Source: Anthoceros angustus
Lineage: Eukaryota > Plantae > Anthocerotophyta
Reading direction: 5' to 3'
Assembly (NCBI GenBank): GCA_010909165.1
Contig: VJWM01000287.1
Coordinates: 63,175-127,174, forward strand
Length of the DNA: 64,000 bases
The notes beneath the pieces are model-generated. The model saw only the letters and a list, made by a program, of their open reading frames with translations. It was not told the DNA's origin and did no database searches. A program made the translations under genes and the position numbers. This document shows, in pieces, positions 36,518 to 49,384 of the stretch. Position 1 is the stretch's first letter. Each line of letters opens with the position of its first letter.

Positions 36518-38019
36518 TGGTAGTTGCGCATATCAACTTTGTAATTCTTCGAAAGTCGCTCGATCTGCGAGGCAACACAAGGAGGGTATTACAACACAAA
36601 CAAGGTATCATACAGAGAGTATTACAACACAACAAAGCATCAATCAAAACATGGACAAACGTCTGCATAAAACGCCTAATCCAAGAGAATGAGAAGTCCA
36701 CGACACGGTTGTGCAATTCCTCCCGCCACGCATCTCAAACGATTCATGCAAAATATGCACACCTATTCGTAAAACACCGAATCGTTAGAAGCAAACAACA
36801 AGAATGTATTGCAAAATGCACACAAGAAGCTAGGAATCGAACACAAACCTTTTCTCGGGCGCCTCGCCCAAAAGAACATTGATGGTCACCGTGGCAAGAA
36901 TTGCCTCTCATCATCATCGACATCGCCACCACCTTCGCACGATACTATACCAAGGTCTTTATCGATTTTCATGGAAGCAACAAGTGCACCGACAACCATT
37001 GAACACGCCGTGAAACATATTGATCACAGCACATCGACCAAGACGGCTTTGCTCCAACACACTTCCTTATCAAAATGCGATTGAACCCTCGAAAGAAGGA
37101 CATCAACCGCACCAATATACGAAATCAGACATAAAATGAAAAGAAACACAACGGAATAATGAAAGGGATGAAGACTTACGCTTCGTGAGAGAATCTTGAG
37201 TTGTCTTTTAAGTTCCGAACTTGGTGGAAAACGTATCAATATAAGGTTCAAGTCCTTGTGAGGAATGTCCTCTATTGCACTATCCCAACCCCTCACACCA
37301 CTCACTTTCATGAAAGACTTAAGACGACTCGACCAATTATTTTGGCGTTTGGACTTGTCCTCACCACCACTCATTGCATCATTCACGGCTCCCTCAGAAT
37401 CGAGGGTCAAACCCTTGGTCCCTAAAATGGGCCTCATCTTCAATTTCTTCCATGCCCATAGCAAAATCATCCTCGGATCAGACCTCATTCTCTCAAACAT
37501 ATCAATACACTCGGTCGTGATAACTTCGTGGAGCGACAGGAATGGAAAACTCACCAGCCGAAAGGAATTCAGACTTATCTTGCGCACGGAGCAGCCACAC
37601 GCCCATTTCGAGATCAGAGGCATGCTGCAGCAAAGGACCATGGAATCGAGTAATCGATGGACATTCTCACCAACAAACTTAACCCCTCTCGAAACAGTGA
37701 CAATAGTTAGTAATCTCGACAAGGGACCCTCCACCAAGGGCACAGGTGGTGTCAACCCTTCTTCTCTTCCGAGCAAATTCAAGAAGACGCATCCTCCTTG
37801 GATGAAAAGTGCCTTGGCGGTTTGGGAATGGACTTTTCGCACCAAATATGTCCTCACTATGCACAAGGACACATCAACTTTACCATCATCCCGCAGAGGG
37901 TGGGTTGCGCAGAACGATGGCTGTTTTAACACGTTGTCGAGTGTACGGCTTGGACATGACTTGAGACAAAGGTGCTTCTTGCCCGGTCCAACAGCCCAGG
38001 GTTTTCTTTTAAGAGCCAT
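36518..38019 (-). pseudogene. DUF3504/Crypton-type tyrosine recombinase, truncated before the C-terminal catalytic residues
   Basis: Starts MALKRKP (38019). Contains EDDFAMGMEEIEDEAHFRDQGFDP, INMFHG, ASMKIDKDLGIVS, DHQCSFG, FEMRG-EELHN (~36706-36739) and ERLSKNYKVDMRNYQ (~36518-36560). It then jumps directly to sequence homologous to 58440-58510. Confidence 0.7.
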
Positions 38020-40615
38020 CGCAACAGAAGTCATCGTAACAACGTTGAGATGTACAAACAACATAATGATAACAAACGAAAAGAAAGAACTCACATGCCT
38101 TGAACCGTCGGATGAGAACTCTGGAAGGTCTAAAAGTTGATTATCGGCCTAGACAAGAGAGGATATGGGCGGTGCCCCAAAACACAACTTGGGGCTAGAC
38201 ATTGTTAGAGTTGTTATTCCTTCCACTTTCTTAAGGATGACACATAGAACCCGCTCTAAAAATACACCACATATGGGAAAAATAAAGTGAAAACCCTTTT
38301 TCAAGTACAACAAGAGTTAGACGTACAAACAACCATAGATGTACAACATATACATCGACACACAAGTAAAACAATCAATCGCTCATTGGACAACAGACTC
38401 ATCCATGCCACACAACAACACATATTTCTAGATTAGAATCAAAAACATCCAAAGATGTTGAGGCAAACCCTCCAAACGTTGCACACTTCAATACCTGCAC
38501 ATAAACACCGGTCTATGAGATTAAGCTCCAAGACATGCACACAATACACCATGCCCAATCCAGATTCACTTTTCAATGCACACTACATACAAATCTACCA
38601 AATCTACAAAGCGAAAAGAAAGAGAAGGCGGAAACCACAAAGAAGGCAAACAACATATACATCGACACACAATGCAAAAGTCAACTAAGAACGACTCTTA
38701 AGAGAGCTTACAGTAAAACAGTACCTAAAATCAAAATGAGTAAATTATCTTACATCTGCTAACAAGAACAAATTGTGACGGGTGATCTGAACAGAACTTT
38801 AAGTGCATGCCACCTCCTACATGACACTGTTGAGCGAAACAAAGAGTTAGAAACCTTGACGATCCACAGCAAAGTGAACAGAAAATATAACAGAGTGCAG
38901 ATCATACCTTATGGTACACCTGGTTGAGCCGTAAAAACACCAACAGTCTACATAGATGAAGACACAATAAGTAAGACGCACGACACTGCAAGTTGACACT
39001 CCAATGAGTTACACCAGTCAAGTTTACTTCAAATAAATGTATACGACAGAAGAACACACCTACCAAATTCATGATTGCCTTCAACCAGCCTATCGCCGAA
39101 CGCAACACCAAACTCCAATTGTGAACGTGCACTGCACACCAAGACCATAAACATTATGAGATATCCAGAAAGTAGCCTAATAAATACATACCAAGACAAC
39201 AAGCAGGCAAGAGGAACAACGCTAAGAACACAAGAATAACATGGAACCGACCAACAAAGCATAGACAAACAATGAGAGAAAACACTCAAAGAACGGCAAG
39301 TCGACAAACCTCGGATAAAGGTGCACTTCTTGCCCGGTCCAGTGCCCGTGGGTTTTCTTTTAGAGCCATCGCAACAGAGAAGTCATCGAACAACGTTGAG
39401 ATGTACAAACAACATAAGATAACAAAGCGAAAAGAAAGAACTCACATGCCTTGAACCGTCGGATGAGAACTGCTGGAAGGTCTAAAAGTTGATTATCGAC
39501 AGTCTAGACAAGAGAGGATATGGGGCGGTGCCCCAAAACACAACTTGGGGCTAGACATTGTTAGAGTTGTTATTCCTTCCACTTTCTATTAAGGATGACA
39601 CATAGAACACTCAAAAATACACCACATATGGGAAAAATAAAGTGAAAACCCTTTTTCAAGTACAACAAGAGTTAGACGTACAAACAACCATAGATGTACA
39701 ACATATACATCGGACCACACAAGTAAAACAATCAAGCGCTCATTGGACAACAGACTCATCCATGCCACACAACAACACATATTTCTAGATTAGAATCGGA
39801 AAACATCCAAAGATGTTGAGGCAAACCCTCAAACGTTGCACACTTCAATACACGCACATAAACACGGTCTATAAGATTAAGCTCCAAGACATGCACACAA
39901 TACACCATGCCCAATCCAGATTCACTTTTCAATGCACACATACTGTACATAGTGATTACCAAATCTACAAAGCGGGGTCTTCAACGATAACAACACAATA
40001 AACAGCTTATCGGACACTGCAAAAGTCAACTAAGACGACTCTTAAGAGAGCTTACAAGAAACAAGACTAAAATCAAAATGAGTAAATTATCTTACATATG
40101 CTAACAAGAACAAATTGTTGTGATCGAGCAGAACTTTAAGTGCATGCCACCTCCTACATGACATCGTTGAGAAAACAAAGAGTTAGAAACCTTGACGATC
40201 CACAAAGTGAGCAGAAAACATAGCAGATCATACCTTATGGTACACCGGTTGAAAAACACCAATCTACATAGATGAAGACACAATAAGTAAAAGCATACGA
40301 CATCGCAAGTTGACACTCCAATGAGTGACACCGTTTACTTCAAATAAATGTATGAAGAACACACCTACCAAATTCATGATCGCCTTCAACCAGCCTATCG
40401 AGCAACACCAAACTCCAATTGTCAACGTGCACACCAAGACCATAAACATTATGAATATCCAGTAGCCTAATAAATACATACCAAGACAACAAGCAAGAGG
40501 AACAACATCAAGAACACAAGAATAACAACATGGAACCGACAAACAAAGCGTATGCGGACAAACAATGAGAGAAAACACCAAAGAACGGCCGATAAACCTC
40601 GGGATAACAGTGCCT
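37965..40615. repeat. Tandem duplication, 2 x ~1.35 kb (YR start codon and upstream region)
   Basis: AAAGGTGC..TTCTTGCCCGGTCCA...AGAGCCATCGCAACAGA occurs at ~37967 and ~39317, and the following sequence is colinear. Confidence 0.85.
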
Positions 40616-42529
40616 ACCAAAACCGAGCGGTCATTGTCTTCCCACGGTCAACCTCCTCCTCAGACATTTCCCATCGTCCTCGAACGAACAAAAGGGGATA
40701 GGACATATGCACATGATCAACATGGGAAACCCCGATAGGAACGACTCCAAACCTAATACGAGAGGAAGCGAACGGCGGCCCCAAACACATGCAGTCACAA
40801 ACTGAACGACAAGACGCACAAAACCAACTTACGTTGTCATGTAAGAACGATGTAAGAAGCCAACACATACTAAAAGGAAACCATGAACTAGGAGCGAAAT
40901 CCCGAGAACACAGCGACGCACGAACGGAAAGCCGAACACAAAACCAGAGCGCGTCCCGACACGCCGCCAGTGCATAAGCAAGGTATGCCGACAAACATAC
41001 AAAGAAAGAGCGTAAGAAGTTTTCTCGACGATGACAAAGAAAGAGAAGGCGGAAACCACAAAGAAGGCAAACAATGAGTAGCACGACACGTAATGCAAGA
41101 AAAGCCATAGACACAAAACCGCTAGACAAATATAGCGAAAAAAACGAGGAACAACGACAAAGCTAAACGCAAAGAAGAACAAAAAACCCGACACGAACGC
41201 ATCTCGCAGCGGAAAACAAACCACGATGTGGAGCCGACGAGACAACGCAAGGAGAGCACCAAAGCTTAACCGAAGTGCGACGCAAGCAAAGCGAGCGCAG
41301 CGAAACCAAAGCAAAGCGCAAGCAAGCCGGTGAGCGCAAATAACCCTAAGGGAGAGCAGGTCGGGAGCGAAGCGAGAGCGGAAAAGAAAGGCTGGAAAAA
41401 GAATGAGAGGAGTCGGAGAACCTGCTTATATAGCATTCGAAATCCTAGGTTTCTCCCTCTGTCGGCGCCGCCTCTCTCTCTACCAAACCTAATTCAAAAT
41501 TTCCAAACCTAGACTTCCGAACCGAATACCAAACCTACCCAGGCACACGATTCGCCAACCGCCGCCGCCCTACTTCCAAACCTAGCCAGACCCCTCCAAA
41601 CCTAGCCTCCGAACCTCCGAAAGGCAGGGCGTATACCGAAGCTGCCGACGAATCCCAGGCTGCCACGCACACATACCCTTGGAAGCATCTGGAACCCTTA
41701 ACCTGGCCTACTTAAACAACATAACTCCCCTTACTGCCCCATTCCTCCCCCTTTCCTCCCGCGCGACCGCCCATCTATGTTGTCGCCGCTTTCCTTCCGC
41801 GCGACCGCCCATCTCTCTCGCTATGGCGCTGCGACTCCTCCCTGCCCCATCTCGCTCATATGGCGCCAGACTGTGCGACATTTGTGAAGGGGTCCCTCTG
41901 CTATATTGCGCTCCGACTTCTCGAGAGTTTTTTGGGGGACTGTGGGTTCAAGCTCTTCGAACCCTTGATGCCTGGAGATCTATTCGTGCTCTTGCATTTG
42001 TGTTGATTCAGGCGGCATCCCTTCTAGGTTTTTGATTCGTCCTTCAGAACTCATGTTGTACCTCCTCTTTATAGTGTGCTACGTCTTGAGCAGCACGTCC
42101 AGCTTCGTGGCTATTGAGCTGGTCCACTGACCCACATCGTTTCTGTCTGTTAGGATCTCCCTCCCGCCAGCGCTTTCTGGGCTCCGATCCGACTGCCAGA
42201 GTTTTCTGTGTGCCTTTGCACCGCCGAGGGGTAAGCTGGAAATGTTCTCTTGTGGGTTGTGGTGCTTTTTGCCTTTGTTCCCACCCGTCTGCTCACATAT
42301 GTTGCTCTCTTGGTTCTTGTTTTGCTCTGTCATTGTTTTACTATTCCTTCTTACCCACCTGGTTTGTCCTCGCTGTACCACTCTCTCCTTCGCGTGGTCT
42401 CGACCTGTGCATCCGATCAGGAGTTCCCAATCGGGTTGCTTTGTATTCCGAGGTGTAAGCCAGGGAGGCTCTTTGGCTGTACTTTGCCATAGTTGCCACT
42501 CACTTACGAAATATTCTGGGTACATCGTT

Positions 42530-42971
42530 TGAAAGATATTATCTGCTTGCATTCCAAGATAAATTCTAATGTTTATGTTTCTTCGTAACATAGGATCACA
42601 TTTCATGTGGGAATCTTCACAAGACGTGTTTAACGCTTGTCGAAAAGGTATATGCAAAGAAAGATCTTCTCCGAATTGAAATGGAGGTAAATGACTAATT
42701 ACTTTTACTTTTTGTTTGTAGTTATCGAAGAATCAAAACGAGTTGTTTTCACTCTTTGAGGTGAGTACTAAAGTTGGAAAAATAGATAAGTTTTATATAT
42801 GAATTCTGACAATGGTTTAAATTGCAGAAATATTCTCGCTTGGACGAAATATTCGAAATGATTATACATTTATCTGGACCATACAATCAGCAGCTCAAAA
42901 AGTACTATTATGAAGAGAAGGCACGACCGAAATCATTTTACACTCCATCTACTCCAATAGAATATGTGTAG
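42530..42971 (+). CDS. 3' exons of a conserved unknown protein carried by the YR element (copy 1)
   Basis: GNLHKTCLTLVEKVYAKKDLLRIEME | LSKNQNELFSLFE | KYSRLDEIFEMIIHLSGPYNQQLKKYY...FYTPSTPIEYV*. The GT-AG introns sit at the same positions as in the paralog at 47141-49384. The 5' part was not resolved. Confidence 0.6.
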
Positions 42972-43349
42972 AATTTACCAAAACTATTTTGATTACACCC
43001 CAATTACGACAGTGACGAAGATAATCCTTTTACTGTGTAAAACAATTGAAAAAACGAAAATGACAGATAATAGTAGAAAAGGAAGGGCAAATTACTGTAA
43101 GAGAGAGAGAAATGACATATAAGCTGGGTGGTATAGGCACCGGTCTATCTGATTCGCGAGACCTGGCTCCGCCTCTGCTCGAGAATTGGGCCAGCGTCTC
43201 GGCCCTGCACTCGCGCGCTCCCCGCTACGCCGAGGCGGACGCGTCGGGCGCACGGCCTAGATCTCGGCCTCACGGCCTCGACCGTTCTCGGCCGTGACGC
43301 AGCCGTCAGTTCTAACACTTCGGACCAAACCCCACACACAAACACAGTA

Positions 43350-45030
43350 ACCTCACCTTTATCTCGCGCTCCACTTTCACAAAAGCAAGCGCGTAAGCCA
43401 CAACTAAACCCACGGACCACAGTTACACCTGAAACCGAGATATTTTAAGGCGTATGTGAAACGGATTGAAAAAAAACCCCGTTTTTACCACCATGTACTT
43501 AGCAAGTTATCACTCCCAATTTTGGATGGAAGTGATGCACCTAAGCGTGCATAGACCCATACATGTGTGGTAATTTCTCTAGCCTGTTGCCCGGCATACT
43601 CTATGAAAATCTCCTCCTTTGTGAATGTATCAGGCAGATTGAATACTTCCTCATAGTCTCCACATTTCCTTTGAAATGTATCCATCCACATCACGACTTG
43701 TAGACCATATGAAGTTGGGATTCTTCCAAGCCTTGCCTCAAGAAGAAACTGGTTCCCTTTGTACTCGGGTTTGAGCATTGGTACAGTGCTCCAATGCGAA
43801 CACCGTGAGAATGCCTGCACATATATCGGAACCTTCCCATGTGGTACCTTGTTCACCCATCCGTCACCACACCGTTTCGTCCTCCACCATATCAATAAGG
43901 TCTTGTAAATCTGTTCCTGCTCCCTTGCGTCATGGAAAAAAGGACACACGGATCGACTTGAGTTTGCCACTTCACCGCCTAAGCACTTTTTCCCGCAGAA
44001 TGCCTTCTCAGTTCGCATAGCTCGTCCGACATAAGCCGCCGTAACGTGATCCGACAACTCTTGCTGCGCTGTTCTTGGTGAAACACACCTACCCTGCCAC
44101 GGAATGCAACTCCAGCCCTTTAGACTTAGGATTAGCAGGAGGCAGCATCTCTGGCAAATATAACCCGTGGTTAGGTGATTTCACATCTCCGAACAATGCA
44201 ATTGGGTCTCGTACCAGATGTGATCTCCGTGTCCTTCCTCTACTAGTGCCTTTATGACCCACCAGTGCATATTGCAATCCGAAATCCACGATCTCATGCA
44301 CATTCTCACCACAATCCGGAGACTCAGCAATACTCTCTGATTCAGAATCCGTGCTATTCTCATGAGTGGTTCCTGGTATGACGCAAGGTTGATAGTACTC
44401 CTGCGATGCACAAAATGGGTTTGTTGTTGGTGCCACCTTGTCTCCACGCTGAGAAATCCGCTCGATGGACTTGGATTAGAGCAGAACATTCTGGCCAATT
44501 TCTTCGCCTCCCGGGACTTGAACAAACCCGGCACACAGGTGCTAGGCAGTCGTCGAGGCGGGCCGCATTGCGCTCTATCGGGATGTGAATATCGAGGCCT
44601 CTCAAATGATTTTACGCGGCCACCTCCATCGGGCCGCGATTTCTTCTTGATCCCGCCTGGCCCGTTCTGGTATCCATCCAGGATCAAACAAGAGCAAATC
44701 TCCATCGCTTGCGGCTACGTTTGATATATCACCCTGCAGGTCCGTTTCATCTAAGGCCATGTCGTGCTCTGGTTCTGCTCCCGGTAACATGGGCAAGCCA
44801 TCACCGGACGTCCCGGGGTTCCACTCGGCTGGTGCAGCTGCGGCAATGTCTAATAAGATGGAATCTGACACAGTGCCGAGGTCGTCGACATGGAAGTCCT
44901 GTGCCGATACCACCGCCGCCAAGTCCACTATCTCGGACTCAGACACATGTCCGAGATCTGCATCAGCTGGAGCTATTCTATCGTTTACCAAATCAAAGAA
45001 CTCCTCCTCCGTGCTTAGGTTGCTAGCCAT
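43350..45030 (-). pseudogene. N-terminal half of a second DUF7869-type transposase
   Basis: Acidic N-terminus MASNLSTEEEFF (45030), FCGKKCL, FNLPDTFTKEEIFIEY (compare YNLPDTFTKLEVWTLY at ~30630), HIRLKISRF.C, then a donor AG|GTGAG at a position equivalent to the 30840 intron. No catalytic exon follows. Confidence 0.65.
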
Positions 45031-45899
45031 CGCGTGCTACCAGAGACAAGCCAACAGTGAAGGTCGCAATGTGCTCAGAGTCGAAGACACGCAACTGGTC
45101 AAGTTTTCTAAGATGTGACTAGATATCTCGGATGCTGGGCCACAATGACCGACGTCAATAAACACGGATGTGTGATTTGCGGCTATAGCTCATGGCGGCT
45201 GAAGACCGTTAAATGCCACAAATGATTGCTATAATCGAGACGTCAAATGTTATGCATATGGCGAAACTGGCTTTGGCCGCTGGCAAAACCCAGAATATTC
45301 GTGGAAGTATGTTGTATTCCTTGTTGTGACAGTTGAGCCACTGACCCCGGCTAAACTTGGCTAAATTGCAACGCCCACGCTGCACTGCATGAATTTCTGA
45401 CCGTATGCGCGATTCATGCATGTCCTGCACATACCGGTCACGATCTAGTTGCCATGAGCCATCATGTCGTCGTCTTTCTCATAGTATTGTTGTGCGCATG
45501 CAGAAGCATAGGTGTGAGACTGGCGGTGTGTTACATCGTCCTAAAGTTGGTGTCGCTGCAGGACATCGGGGTCGACAGGTGGAGAGGTGGTTTCTTGCTC
45601 TTGATTCACCATTGCATTCCCGATTAGGTGCTCATAGACCCTTGAGCAGCTAACAGCTGCTTGGTCAATTTGTATAGATGGCCCCTCTAAACAAGAAGCG
45701 GAGCAATGCTCCTAATGGAGAAGGAGTGCCAGCGGCGGACAAAAAACGGCACGGCGAAGTAGTTGATCTGAGCCCATGGAAAGCGCACGAGTCCGGACCG
45801 AAGACCCTAGCATGCAACACGCACGGCAGTGACCCGCGCCCCACCACATCAACTCCGACCAGAGCATCTTTTCAAAGTCCTTACAAGGAAGCGGAAATC

Positions 45900-48170
45900 G
45901 ATATGTTCAGAAAGTTTTTTATGGAGCACTCTCCATTCAACATCTCGGACAAGAGCTGGACTGTGCAGCAACGTCCTGCTGGACAATTGGTGTATGTGTA
46001 CATTATGGGTGCATCATGGTCCAGTTCAAAGTCTTCATGTCTGGGAGCAGTTGTGTTCACGTAGTTGAATGATGAACGGGCCAGGCGCCGAGTCACCGAG
46101 CAGGGGCCGAGACCGTTCTAGGCCGTGCGCCCGGCGGCGTTCGTTCCACAGCGTAAGGGAGCCCGTGGGGCGAGACGCCACTCGCCACTGCTCGAGCCAG
46201 GTCCGAATGCATCTTTAGAATTGCCTTGTGCACCCAAGCTAGAAGTCTTTTCTCTCTTCGAGTTTTCACCTTCGCACGTAGTTCGTGTGTTAAAGGCGGG
46301 CGGCTCGGAGGCGTCACGGCCGAGAACGGTCGAGGCCGTTAGGCGAGACCGTTCTAGGCCGTGCGCCCGGCGGCGTTCGTTCCACAGCGTAAGGGGCGGG
46401 TGGCGAGCCGCGCCACTCGACTTGAGGCGGGGCCGAGTCTGTCATCTTAAATTGTTGCCTTGTGCACCCAAGCTAGAAGTCTTTTCTCTCTCTTCGAGTT
46501 TTCACCTTCGCACTTGAGTTTTACCTTCGCAGTTTTCACTTTCACGGTTTCGTTTGTCTTTTCGGTTTTGGCATTTCTTTCTAACTTTCTTCTGCGGGCG
46601 TTGAAGGTATACACCGCGATTTCGGATCCGCCTGCCTTCGAATACTTCTTTCTTTGTTCATTGACGGTCCAGAGAAAGTTTTTATGGAGCACTCTCCATT
46701 CAACATCTCGGACAAGAGCGGGTATGCAAGCGTCTGCGGACAATTGGTATGTGTACATTATGGGTGCATCATGGTCCAGTTCAAAGTCTTCATGTCAGGG
46801 AGCGATTGTGTTCACGTAGTTCGTGTGTTAAAGGCGGGCGGCTCGGAGGCGTCACGGCCGAGAACGGTCGAGGCCGTTAGGCGAGACCGTTCTAGGCCGT
46901 GCGCCCGGCGGCGTTCGTTCCACAGCGTAAGGGGCGGGTGGCGAGCCGCGCCACTCGACTTGAGGCGGGGCCGAGTCTGTCATCTTAAATTGTTGCCTGG
47001 TGCACCCAAGGTAGAAGTCTTTTTTCTCTCTCTTTCAGAGTTTTCACCTTCGCACTTCAGGTTTTTACCTTCGCACTTCAGAGTTTTCACTTTCACGGCT
47101 GTTTACGTTTGTCTTTTCAGGGTTTTGGCATTTCTCTTTTCTAACTTTCTTCTGCAGGCGTTGAAGGGGTGTACACCGGCGATTTCGGATCTGCTCTGTC
47201 TTCAGAGTAATACTTCTTTCTTTGTTCATTGTACGGTCCAGATAGAAAGTTAATCATTTCGAAAATTTCGTCCAAACGGGAATATTTCTGCAGCAATGGT
47301 AAATGTCAAACATCGTAGCTATATAATTTCACCACTGTAAATATGATATACTAACCTCAAATAGTGCAAACAACTCCTTTTGATTCTTCGATAACTACAA
47401 ACAAAAAGAGGAGTTAATATTTTACCTCCATTTTAAGTCGAAGAAGATCTTGCTCGGTAAATACCTTTCTCACTAATGTGAGGCAATGGCTGTGAAGATT
47501 TCCCACACTACGGAAATGTGATTGGACGTTCTGCAAAGAAATATCAACCTTAGAATTTGCATATTTGGTAAATACCAATATTAATATTTTCCTTGTTTAC
47601 ATACGTAAATTGTTGCCTTGTGCACCCAAGCTAGAAGTCTTTTCTCTCTCTTTCGAGTTTTCACGGTTTTACCTTCGCATGAGTTTTCACTTTCACGGTA
47701 CATTTGTTTTTCAGGTTTTGGCATTTCTTTCTAACTTTCTTCTGTGCGTTGAAGGGTGTACCGCGATTTCGGATGCTCTGTCTTGAGAATAATACTTCTT
47801 TCTTTGTTCATTATACGGTCCGGATAGAAAGTTAATCATTTGAAAATTTCGTCAAGCGGGAATATTTCGGGCAATGGTAAATGTCAAACATATTATATAA
47901 TTTCACCTGTGTAAATATGATATACTAACCTCAAATAGTGCAAACAACTCCTTTTGATTCTTGATAACTACAAACAAAAAAGGAGTTAATATTTTACCTC
48001 CATTTCAAGTCGAAGAAGATCTTGCTCGGTAAATACCTTTCTCACTAATGTGAGGCAATGGCTGTGAAGATTTCCACACTACGGAAATGTGATTGGGCGT
48101 TACGCAAAGAAATATCAACCGGAATTTGCATATTTGGTAAATACCAATATTAATATTTTCCTTGTTTACG
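45900..48170. repeat. Complex nest of ~0.54-0.62-kb tandem duplications
   Basis: CAGA(G)AAAGTTTTT(T)ATGGAGCACTCTCC occurs at ~45908 and ~46669. The GC palindrome GCGTCACGGCCGAGAACGGTCGAGGCCG occurs at ~46310 and ~46849. AAATTGTTGCCT(T/G)GTGCACCCAAG occurs at ~46449, ~46988 and ~47608. Confidence 0.8.
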
Positions 48171-49384
48171 TATTCTGAACTAACCTTTTGAATGTTTTTG
48201 TAGTTTGGATCTTCCATGAGAGTCAACAAGTCTGGTTTTAGCTCCTTATTTTCAATGGCTGTGATATTTCTACATTACCAAAACACAAAATATTTCATTA
48301 GTACTACATAAACCGATTCAAATAAACTATTAAAACAATATAAACCGATAACACTTACTTTTGGATCTCCATGTCGCTTTAGGTTGTTGCCGACCCATCT
48401 TCATTGCATTTGGCTGGATCTTTGAGGCTATGTTCCCAAATGGGAACATATCTATTTTTAAAATCTTGGAAGACTTGTGGATACTGAAAGTTCTCCATCC
48501 ATTTTCCAAAGTCGACAAATTCCTTCGATGGTCCATACGTCGGTGCATTATCTTCTGACTCGCCTTTTTTCCTCTTTTTGTCCTTTGGGAAAACAGTAAT
48601 TAATTAGTAAAATACTAGTTACAAATATATTTAATTATTTACAAATATACAATAGCAATTACGATGATGAGATATGTGTTGTTGATTTTATCATCCATTG
48701 CTTCTATTTTCCTTAATTTCCGCAGCTTTGTTCAAGAAGACTGTAAACAAATATATTAGTACTAATGTAAACAAATACATATATTACAAATGTTTGTTGT
48801 TTACCTCCAAAATCGATGAATTGAGATCGATGTCCATTGAAACTGGACAGTCATTGTTTCCAACTCTAATTGAGCTGTTCGAGATTCTTCTTAATATCCT
48901 GTAACCATATACAACCATTGTAAGTTTGATACCTATATTTTTGTTCTATAGTTCTAGAGAAGTTGAATCAAGTTTACCTTTTTAATTTTTTCCAATTGAG
49001 CAGCATCCGCAAAGGAGCCGCAAGTCCTTTTGTCCATTGATGTGAACATAGTGTGCTCGTGAGTCGTATCAAATATATCCAATTAGAAATGTTGACAGGA
49101 AAGTCAATTTATAATTGCAATGTACTACCTTTCTCAACTATTTTCGTATCTCAATGAGAGGATTTGAACTTGACTGTCATCATATCCTGGATCCCCATGG
49201 GTGGGAACATGATTGTTCGATCGCCAGTTAAGGTTTGTTGGCTCTACTATTGTGATCGCTCTGGAGAAAAATCATTTTAGCCATGGATTTATCAACCTAA
49301 AATGGATTTAGCGGCGAAAGGTAAATCATGATTACCTTCTTGGATTTCGACCATTTCATCGTTGCTCTCATTCTCGGATGCCAT
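47141..49384 (-). CDS. Multi-exon unknown protein carried by the YR element (copy 2), some exons with apparent consensus errors
   Basis: Exons include MASENESNDEMVEIQE | ... | ILRRISNSSIRVGNNDCPVSMDIDLNSSILE | ... | DNAPTYGPSKEFVDFGKWMENFQYPQVFQDFKNRYVPIWEH... | AIENKELKPDLLTLMEDPNYKNIQK ... GNLHSHCLTLVRKVFTEQDLLRLKME | LSKNQKELFALFE | KYSRLDEIFEMINFLSGPYNEQRKKYY...VYTPSTPAEES*. The 3' exons are present twice because of the local duplication. Confidence 0.55.

Larger units (their letters stand above)
35979..43325 (-). mobile_element. Crypton-like tyrosine-recombinase element, left copy (internally deleted)
   Basis: It shares its outer terminus (GGCCCCAGA...GCGACTTTACG), subterminal motifs (TAGAGTAGAAA, CCAAGTGAATA), YR gene, CCAAACCTAG-rich promoter region, unknown multi-exon gene and GC palindrome with the inverted element at ~46280-58792. 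The inner boundary is approximate. Confidence 0.6.

Noticed and set aside
37800-37835. LINE-like GGLG motif (DEKCLGGLGM)
   Set aside because: It is flanked by stops, has no RT or zf-RVT context, and is antisense to the YR gene.
37024-38140. Long overlapping ORFs 37024-38094 (-) and 37265-38140 (+) as real proteins
   Set aside because: Comparison with the 55-56-kb paralog shows the conserved frame switches within the minus-strand ORF. The plus-strand ORF is its antisense shadow.
41440-41620. Interstitial telomeric repeat (AAACCTAG/AGGGTTT-like; also 51180-51300, 52480-52590)
   Set aside because: The motifs are dispersed and degenerate, not TTTAGGG tandem arrays. A promoter-associated motif cluster fits better.
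42079-42657. 192-aa minus-strand ORF
   Set aside because: It overlaps plus-strand exons with conserved splice sites and a conserved paralog, and has no recognisable motif.
45209-45430. ULP1-protease-like GQWLN motif
   Set aside because: No downstream HW or Q..DCG motifs are present, and the ORF is short.
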